From NCBI RefSeq assembly GCF_009914755.1, contig NC_060925.1: DNA of 64,000 nucleotides. The stretch is one strand, 5' to 3'. The notes beneath the pieces were generated by a model. That model ran no database searches and had not been told where the DNA came from. It worked only from the letters and a program-made list of their open reading frames with translations. How positions within the stretch are numbered: position 1 is the first letter of the stretch; every line of letters starts with the position of its first letter. A program made the translations under genes and the position numbers. Below are positions 20,613-40,381 of the stretch, in pieces. This DNA comes from the human T2T-CHM13v2.0 reference genome, Homo sapiens.

Positions 20613-21194
20613 TGTAGAAAATGAAATAGAGGTTCCTCTTCAAAGGGACATTCCTCCCAGTCTACTTCAGAATAGATAGTAACCTCTCTTAGAAGCAAAA
20701 TTTACTCAAAGACCTGTGCTAATATTCTTAAATTCTGCTAGCTGTAATAAAGAAATCAATATACTCTGTTCTTAGCTCCACATTTTAGCCTAGATATTTG
20801 CCTGGGCATGCCTGAAGAGGTCCAAGCAAGCATGAGGTCATAGCCTGTTTCTCTTTCCTTATTTGTAAGTGTTTTTGCCTCTCTCAGCATTCCACAGGTT
20901 AATTCCTCTCTTCCTTTGTTCTCCTCTGCCTTTGCCTCTTTTGGGAAGTTCTAAGTTGCTAGCCAATCAGGTTGAGTACAGAATGTGAGGTCCTATTCCA
21001 GCCAATGGAAACCGGACACAGCAGCAGGGTGGATGCATCAGGTTATAAATGACCCTGTCTCTTTTCTTCGTGTGCGCTCTTGTGGCAAGACTGCTAGCGA
21101 GCAGCAACCCTTTCTGCAGAAAGTAAACTAGCCTTGCTGAGAGATCCTTTGTCTCAGTGTTGATTTTTGTGACACCAACCACCTGTTCCCAACA
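20613..21194 (+). repeat. 3' LTR (LTR10 family), 582 bp
   Basis: It follows the PPT AAAAGAGGGGGGAA and is about 97% identical to the 5' LTR by manual comparison. Confidence 0.95.
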
Positions 21195-21327
21195 TATACT
21201 ATCACTGCTACATGTTTAAGTGTTTTGTTATTTTTAATGTGTTAGATTATATATAGAATAGAAGCTTAATTTAGTGTTTCAATACATCTCTGATAAATAA
21301 TATCTGTGACTTGTCTTATTTGCCTGA

Positions 21328-21629
<302 letters not shown>

Positions 21630-22399
21630 TTCCTGAGAAAATTTTATAACCACAGGAAGACTTTTAATTTCCTACTTCAGATTGCTAAAATAGCATGGAA
21701 ATATTAAAGAATATATTAATTTTTAAGTATAAATGTTTTCATTTTCAGTATAATAAATGATTATAGATTAATGTTTTTTTAATTTCAGACTTTTGTTGAC
21801 AAGACAATTCAATTTTTTAAACTATGGTTACCGTATTTTTCAAAGAACAGCTAGGAGATAGGCCTGAGACTGGGACAGAAGATTTGACTTAAAGTATCTT
21901 GAAAAATCCCAGAAAAAATATATCTATAACATATCTGCCATCATTATAAGGAGGAAAAAAACTTTTCAAAAATAATACTTGAAACAGTAATAAACTTTAC
22001 AGTTTTATAAGTAACGGAAAAGAATAGTACCTGGCTTGGGCTATTATGGATTACGAAAGGTTTATTTTGTTCCACTTTCCAGACTCCCTTTACCTCCGTT
22101 CCTCCTTAGCACAACCCCACCTTCACATTTCTAGAAATGTTTGTTTCATACTTTCAGAGTTCTGAAATGTTAGCTAATTCCCTCTAAGAGAATATTAATA
22201 TACATTTATTCTAATGGTGAACTGTTGAAGACTTTAAAAATCCCCAAACCTCTAAAACCCAGAGAAATTTATCTCTAATAATGGAATTTTCAGTAGAATG
22301 CAGAAGACTATTTGGGGTAGGGATTTCTGAATCCTTTAAGTCTCCCCAGGTAACTCCTACTGTAATCACTAGAAGAAACAGAAGTGACATACATTCTTG

Positions 22400-22594
22400 A
22401 TAAGACTGAATTAAATAGATGTTAAATTTTATGTTATTTATGTTTCTGACATTCCACAGCTACATTACTATGAAACTCCATTCTGAATAAGACTGAATTA
22501 AACAAATAGTAAGGCTGAATTAAATAAATGTTAAATTTTATGTTGAGTTATTTATGTTTCTGACATTCCACAGCTACATTACTATGAAACTCCA
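22400..22594. repeat. Local tandem duplication (about 80-85 bp unit, two copies plus a partial middle copy)
   Basis: TAAG(A/G)CTGAATTAAATA.ATGTTAAATTTTATGTT...CTGACATTCCACAGCTACATTACTATGAAACTCCA occurs twice. Confidence 0.9.
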
Positions 22595-22871
22595 ATATTA
22601 ATTTAATCATTGATCTGGAAACACAATACTAGTTTGCTTTTTATAGTTTTCATTTCTTTTCACCACTAAGACATATTCGGTATAATTGCTCCAAGAACCT
22701 AAGGACTCAAATTAAACAGATGGATATTATGAAGAAGGAAGCCAATAATACCTCACATCCATAAGCCCCAAAAAATTTTTCAGAAAAGTTACAGCAAAAT
22801 TTGTCCTTGAATTGTGATTTTTAAGTACTATGGGTCATTTTTCAAAAATGGATTTTAAATTATGGAATGTG

Positions 22872-23167
<296 letters not shown>

Positions 23168-23589
23168 ATTATGGAATGTGAATTTCACCTAAAATTACTA
23201 TTCATGGGGGGAATCAATTGAATTATTTGCTATTTGTGTTTTCCTTTTACTTACAGATCTAATCATAAAAATAGAAGATATTGACATAAGATTGCTTATA
23301 GAAAATATTTAGTTCAAGTGGACAGTTAATTATAAAAATAATCTACAAAGCACAACTCATCTCTTTCTTCCCAAATGTGTTTCCTTCAATTTCCTTGTTT
23401 CTATCAATTATTCTAGTCCCTTTCTCATTTTATTGATGAACATGCATCTTACCACTACCAGCTGAAACTTCCTCAAGTTCACTTTCATCCTCTTCCTCTT
23501 CTACATAACAATTTTCAGTGGCTCCCAGAATAAAATAAAAACACCTTAGCCTGGCATTTAAGGGTATGGTGTAATAAAAGCAGCAGCAT

Positions 23590-23810
23590 TTTTCAAGTGC
23601 TGACCACATGCCAGGTATTGTGGTAACTGCTTTATATCATCTCATTTAATTTTCACAGCAATCCACAAAAGGTGGGAACTATATTATTTGCCCCTTTTTC
23701 AGAGAAGGAAACTGAGGTATAGAGAATTTAAGCACCTTGTCCAAGGTCACATAGGTTTCAAGTAGGGACACCAGTATTTAAACTCAATCTCAAGAAGACA
23801 TGTATTAACC
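23590..23810 (-). mobile_element. MIR SINE
   Basis: Core CAGAGAAGGAAACTGAGG...TTGTCCAAGGTCACA. Further MIRs are at about 25255-25480, 27005-27150, 36880-37060 and 51700-51900. Confidence 0.8.
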
Positions 23811-25003
23811 CTTTTATTATTCTACCTATGTTATAGCCTACCTGTGGAAACTATGACCTACTACTCAATAAGGCAATCTTGTCACCATCCTCCAACATGC
23901 CACTTTCACTCACAGCTCTAAGATTTTGCTCATGCCCTTTCCCTCTCTATTGCATATTCAAATCCCATCCATTCTTCAAGGCCCAGCTCAAGCCCAACAT
24001 GCTCTGACTTCCTATTCTTCCACCACTCTATAGCACAGAATACTTGCTCTGCCAATTTTAACCTTTAATCACAGTCTTTCTGATATTTTTATATAATTGT
24101 TGAATGTGTCCATAACTTATAATCTCCCACCTAACAAATATCCAGAGGGTAGGAACAACCAATTGTATCTACAGCAATACTATGCTCACAATGGGAATTC
24201 AATAAATGCTTGCTAAAAACAGGAATGCAGATAACCATGCAAAATAAATGCTGTAAACTTCATAAATACTAGCTTAGTTACAAAGGTACATCTTCCTGAA
24301 ATCTCTTTAAGCTATACTTTACAGGGTTGTGGAAGTATATATGCAAAATATTAGCAAATTCAAAATAGTACTATTTTTTGAACTTCGTATTGAAGTATAA
24401 CTTACAAACAGAAAAGTACAAAAACCATGCATACAGCTCAATGAATTTTCAAAGAAACATACCCATGTACCAGCAACCAGGTTAAGAAAAAGAACATTAC
24501 ATCCCAGAAGTTCCCCATGCCGTAAGGGTAGCTACTATTCTGACTATTAGCACTATAAATTAATTTAGCCTAAATAAACCTTTCTAAAATTATTGTTACA
24601 ACCTTTTATATTTGAGGAATCAAATGTATTACTCAAATATGCTATTTTTTAAACATTTAAGAAATGACCCACTTTGCCTGAGTCTCTCAAAAAATGGCCT
24701 TGAACATACATATTGAACATACAATAATCTTCTTATAGAAATTATTTTCTCATAGACAATTATTGGTGAGACAGAAGTTGGTAAATCAACTAGCTTCCAA
24801 TATGTTCAGTTCCTAATAAATACAATGTTTATGGCCAATAGCAAAACAAAGAAAGAGGGGGAAATTTCATGTATTATCACCAACTGTGACTGTGGTTGTA
24901 TCTACAAACAAAACACTGTGAAAAAAGGTGACATATCCTGTAACTCATAGGAGAAAAACTCATCACATCAGTCAGTTTGCTAACCCCTTGTGAGCTTCCT
25001 TAC

Positions 25004-25171
25004 CTGCCCAGTCCAGGAATTCAACACACTCAGTCTGAGAATATCTAGCAGCAACATCTCGAGCCCTTTCTTCCCGGAAGTTCAAAGCTTCTATATCAAC
25101 ATCCAGTTCTACCAGTGCTTTCAAAGTTTCCAAACGACCCCAGGCTGCAGCACAATGTAAGAGTGTGTACC
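25004..25171 (-). CDS. ANKRD45: ANKRD45 coding exon (exon 3, 168 nt), ankyrin repeat GYTLLHCAAAWGRLETLKALVELDVDIEALN
   Basis: Acceptor TGTTAG| at 25172-25173 and donor |GTAAGG at 25003. It fits the ankyrin consensus G-x-T-x-L-H-x-A-A-x-x-G. Phase 1-1. Confidence 0.96.
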
Positions 25172-25956
25172 CTAACAAATGGAATGAAGATGGTGAGATC
25201 AAACAGACTACATTGTTTTAGGCTAATTTATGTAGTGGAAGATCATAATGGTGATCAAGTATTGAACAATTACTGTGGGCCAGGCACTATTCTAACTGTC
25301 TTACATATAGAAAACTCATTTAGTTTTATAAAACCACTATGATGTCAGAACTACTACAGTTCTCATTTTATAGACAAGGAAACTAAAGTCCAGGTGGATT
25401 AAGAAACTTGCCCAAGGAAACATCCCTGGCAAACAGTAAATGATGGATGCCAGCATAGACTGTCTGAAGGCTGAGCTCTTCAACATCATGGGAGGAAGAT
25501 GGCAATCTCCCTAGCAGTCACCTATTCTGAACGCAACTGGACCCGTGATTTTAAAGAATTTTTATCAAACTCTAATTAGCATTATTGTTAGCACAATCAT
25601 ACAAATTACTACAACTGTGTATACCTTAGGTTTGGAAATTCTATTAATTAAAACTAAAATTATGGCCTATCAAATTAGAAAGTCATTTCTTAGACTTTCT
25701 CAAGTGACTATCATGAGGTATAATTGTAAACAAGAAGAATATGGAAGGCATCTTTAAATATTTTTCAGATTGATTTTTTAAAAATTAAAGATCACTGTTT
25801 GAACTTGCTCACAAGGATATACATACTTCTTTTTACTACAATTCACTTTATTGCACAGAGGGACAATACTCTTAAGCTTTCTAGAGGCTTCCTGGTGTGA
25901 TAAAGGGACAACCACAGTCAATCCCATAATCTTTTGTGTCTAAATACTCTAAACTG

Positions 25957-26531
<575 letters not shown>

Positions 26532-27169
26532 ACTCTGAACTTTTTGATCCAACATGTCAACAGAAGGTTATAGAGTCATATACTCAGTTTTTTCTCGGAA
26601 GCATGCTTTTCTGACAGTGAATCTTAATTTTCATGTCTTTGTCATATGGACAGGCTTGGAATTTCCCAAATTATCCTTTTCTCAATTTATTTTTCCCCTG
26701 GTATTTTCCTATAAGCAGTGAGAAGAAACCAGGAGCACCTGCAACACTTAGCTTAGGAATCCCCTCTCTAAATAAGGTTTCATGATGACATAGAATCAGA
26801 ATGAAGAAATAGAATATTTTAGAGTGTATCATCAAGTCCTAAAAGACTATACACCTATTCCCACACATTGGAAAATACCTACAAAAAAGATGGCAATATT
26901 CATGTCAACCAGTCACAATACTACCTTCCTTGAATAGTGTTAGGGACACAATGCCAAATATTGATTTGGGTCTCTCCTTTTCCTTTATATAGTATGGTTT
27001 TCAGGTATTACTATTATCCTCATTTTTATAGATGAAGAAACCATAGCACAGAAAGGTTATATAATTTGCCCAAGTCACATAGTCAAGTTAGTGGAAAGCT
27101 GGGGTTTTAACTCAGGTAGTCTGGCTGTAAAATCCATGCTCTTAACCAATCTATTACAGAATCCTTTTG

Positions 27170-28260
27170 TAACTTGATTTTTGTCTCAATATTTTTAAGT
27201 GTTATCCATTTTAATACCCAAAGAGCTAATTCATTCCTTTTAATTATTGTGTAATATTCCATTGTATGAAAACAATTTATCTACCCTTCTATTGTTTATT
27301 TCCAATGATTAACTGTTATAAGCAATATTTGAATAATCATCTTATACTTATGTCTTCTTGTAAGCATGTGTGAGAGTTTCCCAAAGACATATATCTAGAA
27401 ATGGAAATTAGGATCATCAGGTATGTCCATGAACAACTTGATATAAGTGTTCTCAAAAGGGATTATACCAATTTATACTCCCTCCTCAGAGTGAAGGAAT
27501 TCCCATTTCCTACATCTTTACCAATGTTTAATCCTGTCAAATATTTAAATTTTTCTGAATCTGATGAGTCATGGTAGCCCATTGTTTACATTTGCTTTTA
27601 ATAGTGAAGTTAAACATATTTTCATTTATTTACTGGCCATGAGAGTTTCTCTTCCATAAATTGCATGTTCCTATCCTCTGCCTATTTTTCTATTGGGTTG
27701 AATTCTAAGCCTGTTGATTAGTAGGCTGTCTTTACATAGATATATCCTTTGTCTGTGGCTTATTTTGTCATTTTGTTTATGATATCTTTTATGCAGAGTT
27801 TAAAATTTAGGTAGATAGACAGATCTTTTCCCTTAGTGGTTGGGTTCTTTATATCTCAAGATATTCTGTGATGTCTCAAGAATATAGCAATACTCTATTT
27901 TTCAGAAAGTTTAAAATATTTTGCTTTACACATTCATGTCTTACAATCATCTGTAATTGATTTTTATGTATGGTACAAAGTAGGTATATAATTTTATTTT
28001 TTTCCAGATGAATAATAAATATTCTCTGGCATCATATATTAAATAGTTCATTTTCCCCACTGAAATTTAGGGTCAGCTTCTCAGTTTGCTTTTAAAAAGA
28101 TTCTTCTGAGATATTAACTACACTGACAAATTAATTGGGAAGAAATTAAGAGAAACAGCGTTATGATATTTAGTCTCACTATTGAGACATATATACATTT
28201 CGTGTGGTCTTTCATATAAATCAATAAAGTTTCATACTTTTTGCCATAAATGTCTTACAA
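27170..28260 (-). mobile_element. Ancient L1M/L1ME fragment; probably continues at about 34410-35050 and 35690-36720
   Basis: T-rich, highly diverged antisense L1 ORF2 and 3' UTR-like phrases. Called by eye only. Confidence 0.55.
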
Positions 28261-28263
28261 TTC

Positions 28264-34404
<6,141 letters not shown>

Positions 34405-34651
34405 TGTCTTAAACCATTCTTTTGTCAGACTTATTCCTAGTTTCTTTATCATTTTGTTATGAATAAGATCTTTATTTGTATCACATTTTCTTGTTGTTCA
34501 TGGTATATAGAAAGTTGCTGATTGGGATATTGGTCTTATGTTCATATTCTTCCTAAACTCTCTTAGCACTAATAGTAGATTCCCTTGAATTTAAGTCTAT
34601 GTACCTATGAATAATCAGAGTTTTGTTTCTTATACTCTAATCTTTATATCC

Positions 34652-34851
34652 AGTAGTGTGCTGGTAAATGTATAACTAGTTATCTGGAGAAAAAAGCCCT
34701 GATTTGTATCATTAGCCAATTACTGTGATGTATGGCCCGACATGGCCAGTTTCAACAGCTATCAACATGACGTCAACCAATTCACAGAAACTCTGAAAAT
34801 TTAACAATCAGTTCTTCAGAGCTCATAAAAGCTGGCTCTAGCACAATACTG
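34652..34851 (-). mobile_element. MER63A-like hAT DNA transposon
   Basis: TIRs CAGTAGTGTGCTGG and CTAGCACAATACTG; the interior resembles MER63. Confidence 0.7.
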
Positions 34852-35060
34852 TGTTATTTCTCTTACCCTTCTTACTGCTCTTGCTGGAACCTCTATTATA
34901 ATGATAAATGGAAGCCATAATAACAAATATCTTAGTCTTATTTCTGATTACAAAGAATGCTTCTGAAAAATCCAATGTTGGGTAAGTTCGCTTTGGGTTT
35001 TTGATAGACAGCCTTAAGGAAAGTTTCTTCTATTCCTATTTCCCTAAGAGCTTTCATCAC

Positions 35061-35236
35061 GAGCCAGATGCAGTGGCTCATGCCTGTAATCCCAGCACTT
35101 TGGGAGGCCGAAGGAAGAGCATTGCTTGAGCCCAGGAGGTAGGGAGGCTTGTCTCAAACTCCTGGGCTCAAGCTATGCTCCCACCTTGGCCTCCCATAGT
35201 GCTGGGATTACAGGTGTGAGCCACCACACCTGGCTC
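35061..35236. repeat. Inverted pair of Alu left-arm fragments (fold-back hairpin)
   Basis: Plus-strand arm 35061-35138 and minus-strand arm 35159-35236, separated by about 20 nt. Confidence 0.9.
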
Positions 35237-35342
35237 TAATGATTTTTTTTACATCTTAGGTTTTTTTCTGTGTTAATATTCTATGTTTTCAATTCCAAAT
35301 ATTATTTGTGCTGTCTCTCTCTGATTAATAGTATTAAAGCTC

Positions 35343-35696
<354 letters not shown>

Positions 35697-35766
35697 TCAA
35701 CTCATTTTCAGTGAACCCAATTTTGGTATTATCAATCCTTTCCTTTCCATCTATTCTGTTTTCTAT

Positions 35767-35928
35767 TTTCTTTCTTCTTCTTCTTTTTTTTTTTTTTTTT
35801 TTTTTTTTTTCAGCAACAGGGTCTTATCATGTCACCCAGGCTGTTCTTGAACTCCTGACCTCAAGCAATCCTCTTGCCTCGGCCTCCCAAAGTGCTGAGA
35901 TTTTAAGTGTGAGCCTCTGCACCTGGCC
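35767..35928 (-). mobile_element. Alu monomer (FLAM/AluJ left arm)
   Basis: Poly-T followed by an antisense left monomer. Confidence 0.85.
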
Positions 35929-36207
35929 TCTGGCCTATTTCTTTATTTTCAATGTCATTAATTTATTCAATTATTTTTCTTTTATTTTCTTTGGTTACTC
36001 AGTTGTTCTTTTTCTAATTTCTTCAGTCAAATGCTTTGTTTACTAAATTTTTTATGTTTCTTATATTCTAATATATGTATTATACTAGAATTTTAATTTT
36101 AGTTGTATCCCATGGGTTCAGACATAGAGTGATGCTGTTGTCACTTAAACATTTCATAATTTTCATTATATCTTCTGTGACCAATAGATGATTTAAAGTG
36201 TGTTCTT

Positions 36208-36518
36208 GGCTGGATGCATAGCTCACACCTGTAATCCCAGCACTTTGGGAGGCCAAGACAGGTGGGTCACTGGAGGTCAGGAGATCGAGACCAGCCTGGC
36301 CAACATGGTGAAACCCCGTCTCTACCAAAAAATACAAAAATTAGCCAGGCGTGGTGACCCATGCCTGTAGTCCCAGCTACTCAGGAAGCTAAGGTGTGAG
36401 AATCACTTGAACCTGGGAGGCGGAGGTTGCAGTGAGCTGAGATCATGCCATTACACTCCAGCCTGGGCGACAGAGTGAGACCCTGTCTCAAAAAATAAAA
36501 ATGAAAATAAAAAATAAA
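36208..36518 (+). mobile_element. Alu (AluS-like)
   Basis: Full dimer; TSD AAGTGTGTTCTT. Confidence 0.95.
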
Positions 36519-37256
36519 TGAAGTGTGTTCTTGTTTTCAGTTTTCAGTTACCTTTTTGTTACTACTTTTTAATTTTATTTTGTTGTAGTCACTGATCAAA
36601 GACTATATGCTATAGATACTTTGATAGTTGTTAAGACTTCCTTTATGGCTCAACATATGATCAATATTTTTTAAATGTTCCATGTGAGCATGAAGAGAAT
36701 GTATATCCTTTCTTTGCTGAAGATCATGCTGATGATCTTTTTTTTATTTTCTACCATGACCACGTATTATATTTGCAATCTGAAAAAATAATTACTGAAT
36801 TTAAAAAGCGACTTAGATAATGATTGCTAAAAAATTAATAAATCTTCAAAGGAAAGAGATAACAGTAAATTATTACACATTTACTATATATCAATTTACG
36901 ATATGCCAAGCACTAAAATATTTATTTTATCCTATTTAATCCTCATTATACCCTATAAGGAAAATATAATTATTATCCCCATTTTGCAGATGGAAAAACA
37001 GATACACAAAAAGATCAGGTAACTTGCCAAGTCACACAGCTAATAAATAGTAAAGTCTATGTTCTAAAATACTATACTATGTAATATCAACATTGATACA
37101 TTTACATGTATACACATACATACACCCATATAGATGTATATACACATATATGTAAAGTATAAAACAGGCACATCAAATATATCTAACCTTAAAGATATTA
37201 CATTGCATCTTTAGGTAGTCATAAGTAATACTGATGAGAGAAAAAAGACAAAATAC

Positions 37257-37584
37257 CTCTGGTGGTTTTTTCATTCAGATTCACACCATATTTTGCCAAA
37301 GCTCTAATCACGTCACTTTGCCCAGCCATGCAAGCTGCATACAACAAATTTCTCCCAACGATGTCTTCTTCTAAGAGAAGCTGCATGGCCTGTTCATGAT
37401 GAGGATTCTCAGGATCCTCAAATATCTTCTGCAAACCCTCTACATCCCCTGTGAGAGCAGGTTGTAAAAGGGGGTTCTTAGGGCCTGTTTCCTCTGGTTC
37501 TTGGGCTTCTTCTTCTTCATTTTCCTCTTCTTGCTGTGAGAAAAATTCTGAACTCTCTGACTCTGGAGGTCCTTCTGACTCCAT
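37257..37584 (-). CDS. ANKRD45: ANKRD45 first coding exon (exon 2 spans 37257-37599; ATG at 37584): acidic N-terminus and first ankyrin repeat
   Basis: Acceptor TCATAG| at 37600-37601, 15 nt of UTR, then MESEGPPESESSEFFSQQEEE...GRNLLYAACMAGQSDVIRAL. Donor |GTATTT at 37256; 328 coding nt. Confidence 0.96.
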
Positions 37585-38251
37585 TAACTCCAAAAATACC
37601 TATGACCAAAAAAATAAAAAAGTGATAAAAATCTACTCAAACACATCAGTATTTGTTTATTTATTTGCTCAGTCAACTGACAATATAGATGGTATAAAAA
37701 TACTTAACTATTTGAAAATAACTATAAAGTAAGATACTTCAGCAATTCCATCAATAAAGTTTATTGTGTACCTATTATGAGTAGGTACATATAACATAGC
37801 TCAAGTATATACTAAAATGTTAAATGTGTGAAATAAATAATAAATTCAATAGAAACAGGAGAAGAAAGAGATCATATGATCTAAATTCATTAGGAAGAGA
37901 TTGAAAAAGAATGTCTAAGAGACCCACTTGCCTAAATAAGGGTCCTTGTATGAGAGAAGTGAGAAATATAATTGGGTTACTGGAGCCAGATTATGATTAA
38001 AAATTAGGCAACGACATTTAAACAGAATTCATTCAGTCAGTAACACATACTGAAAGCACTGTGTAAATTGTGAAAACCAGAATCAAATTTATTTCCTACC
38101 TTCAACAAGTTACTATTTCAAAGGAAAAAATATGAAGTGCACAAAATAAGTGTAATAAAAGGTGACAAGTAGTAATAATGCTATGGGAGAAATGCTATGG
38201 GAGTTTAGAAGCAATAAGATTAATTCCAGATAAAATTATTCAAGATGTTTC

Positions 38252-38366
38252 TTTTTTTTTCACAACAGACAGGAAATGTGCCCGTGTTGTAACAAGGTTT
38301 GAAGGAGGTACCTCTCACACATGAGCATGAAAACCCAATAATCACACCTATGAATTACAAAAGGAT
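38252..38366 (-). pseudogene. U13 (SNORD13) snoRNA retro-pseudogene with poly-A tail
   Basis: The minus strand reads ATCCTTTTGTAATTCATAGGTGTGATTATTGGG...AACCTTGTTACAACACGGGCACATTTCCTGTCTG plus an A-tail, colinear with U13. Box C is TGATGA>TGATTA and box D is CTGA>CTGT. Confidence 0.88.
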
Positions 38367-38606
38367 CTAACTAAGGATGTCTTAATGGTGCTTCAGTCTG
38401 TCAGAACACAGTATTAAACTGGGAAAGATTCAGAGAAGAGTACCAGAGTCCCTTCATTACGTACAAGAATGTTTGTGGCATCACTGTTCACAACAGCAAA
38501 AAACCCAGAAGGGAAAACCAATGTCCAAGAAGATGAGCATAAACTGGTATATTCACACAAAATGGTATATAACTGTTAAAAGAAATAAATTACAATGATA
38601 TGCCAT

Positions 38607-39157
38607 ATGGTAGGCAAGTTCTGACAAGGCTCCCAATGTCCCACCCCTGCCTCCTGGTATTCATACCTTCGTGTAATTTCCTTACCTTGAATGTGGGCTG
38701 GACCTAGTGACTGGCTTCTAATGAAGAGAGTACAGCAATAATGAGGGGATGTAAATTCTGTAATTCAGTTACAACAGACTGTGATTTTGTCTTGCTGATA
38801 TTCTCTCCCTGGCTCTTCTCATGCGCTGTGATGGAGAAGGCCACCTTTCAAGGAACTGAGGGTGATCTCTGTTCAACAGCCAGTAAGAATCAAAGCTCTT
38901 AATCCAATTCCATAAGGAACTTAATTCTGCCAGCAACCACTGAGTGAGCTTGGAAGTAGATCTGGCCCAGTTAACCTTGAGGTGACTATGGCCTCAGGCA
39001 ACACCTTGATTATAGCCTCATGAGAAATCCTGAAGTAGAGGATCCAGCTAACCTGTGCCTAGATTCCTGACCCACAGAAACTGAGATAATGAATGAGTGT
39101 TGTTTTTAACCTAACAAGCTTAGGGCTCATTTGTCACACAGCAGTAAGTAAGACACA
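38607..39157 (+). mobile_element. MaLR solo LTR (MLT1E/F-like)
   Basis: Typical MLT1 phrases (AAGGAACTGAGG, CAACCACTGAGTGAGCTTGGAAG, GATTCCTGACCCACAGAAACTGAGATAAT). Confidence 0.8.
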
Positions 39158-40189
39158 GAACAATATAAATGAATCTTACCAATATATCACATGAAAAATG
39201 TAAATCCAAAAGATTATATATATATATCTCAAGATGTATTTTTGTCAAGTGAAAAGCAATTAAACAGACTTTTTAGGAATACAAGTAGATGCAGTAACAC
39301 TACACAGAAAAAAAAGACAAAAAGCAACATTGAACACAGATTCAAGATCATGTTTACCAGGGGTGAAGGGTAGTGGGAGAAGACAAGATGTGGGAAATGT
39401 GATAAAGGGAATTATATGTTTAGTAAAGAATATTAACATTTAAGCTGAGCCATCAAGAATGGGCAAGACTGTCATTCAGAAGTCAGAAAGAAGGAAATTC
39501 CAGATGGAATAACTAAGTTAAAGCACCAAAGCAAAGATCACAGGTATTTTTGGGAATGAGCATGTTGGCCAATTTGGTTAAGTATAGGCCATTCAAAATA
39601 AGCAAGAAGTCTGCTCTTAAAAAGAGGCTGGGATTGCATCAGCAAGTCTGAACTTGATTCTGTAGACAACTGGTAGAGCAAGGAGCAATTAAGGACAGTT
39701 AGCTGAAGGTTTTAGTGCTAGGAACTAAGTAGGTTTCAAGGAGATTGATCCGACAAGCCTGAGTGACATAGATTAGAGGAGTAAGAGACTAGAGGCAAAA
39801 AAGAAAAATCAATTAGACAGTTATTACAGAAATCTAAATTAGTGTGAATTGGGGCTTTAATTATTCACTCATATAATTCAGTGTTTACTGGATTCCTTCC
39901 TCTATGCCAGGCACTATGCTAGATCCTGAGGATTCAACAAGGTAGGAAAGATCCCTCCTATCATGAAGCATATATTCTGATTGGAAACAGGCAATAAAAA
40001 ATAAAAAAAGTGATAATTTTAGATTGTTATAAGTGTTTCCAAGGAAATAAACATGGTGAAACACTAGGAAATAACAGGGAAGTGAAGAGAAAAAACTTGA
40101 AAAAGAACATTCAAGGTGATACTGAAGTAGGACTGCAGAGAATGACAAAGACTATGAAGGCCACAGGAAAATGGAACAGCATTCCAAAG

Positions 40190-40381
40190 CAGGGGTAAAA
40201 GGCCAGGCAGCAGATATTTTAGGCTTGTGGACCCTCTGTCTCTATTCTAACGACTCAACTCTGCAGTTGTTGCTTGAAAGTAGTTACAGACAATACACAA
40301 ATGAATGGGTGTGGCTGTGTTTGAAGAAAACCTTATTTACAAAACAGGTGGTGGTCCACAGGCCATAGTTTTCTGACCCTG
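40190..40381 (+). mobile_element. MER58A-like hAT DNA transposon
   Basis: CAGGGGT...GACCCTG termini and the interior GAATGGGTGTGGCTGTGT...TATTTACAAAACAGG. Confidence 0.8.

Larger units (their letters stand above)
15406..21194 (+). mobile_element. HERV-I family (LTR10, ERV1) provirus, internally deleted (gag-pro-RT missing), pol 3' part and env disabled
   Basis: Paired TG...CA LTRs, TSD TATAC (15401-15405 and 21195-21199), tRNA-Ile PBS, PPT at 20598-20611, and RNase H, integrase and env motifs. Confidence 0.95.

Noticed and set aside
37585-37593. N-terminal MEL extension of ANKRD45 in the ORF track
   Set aside because: It starts at TTG. The first in-frame ATG is at 37584.
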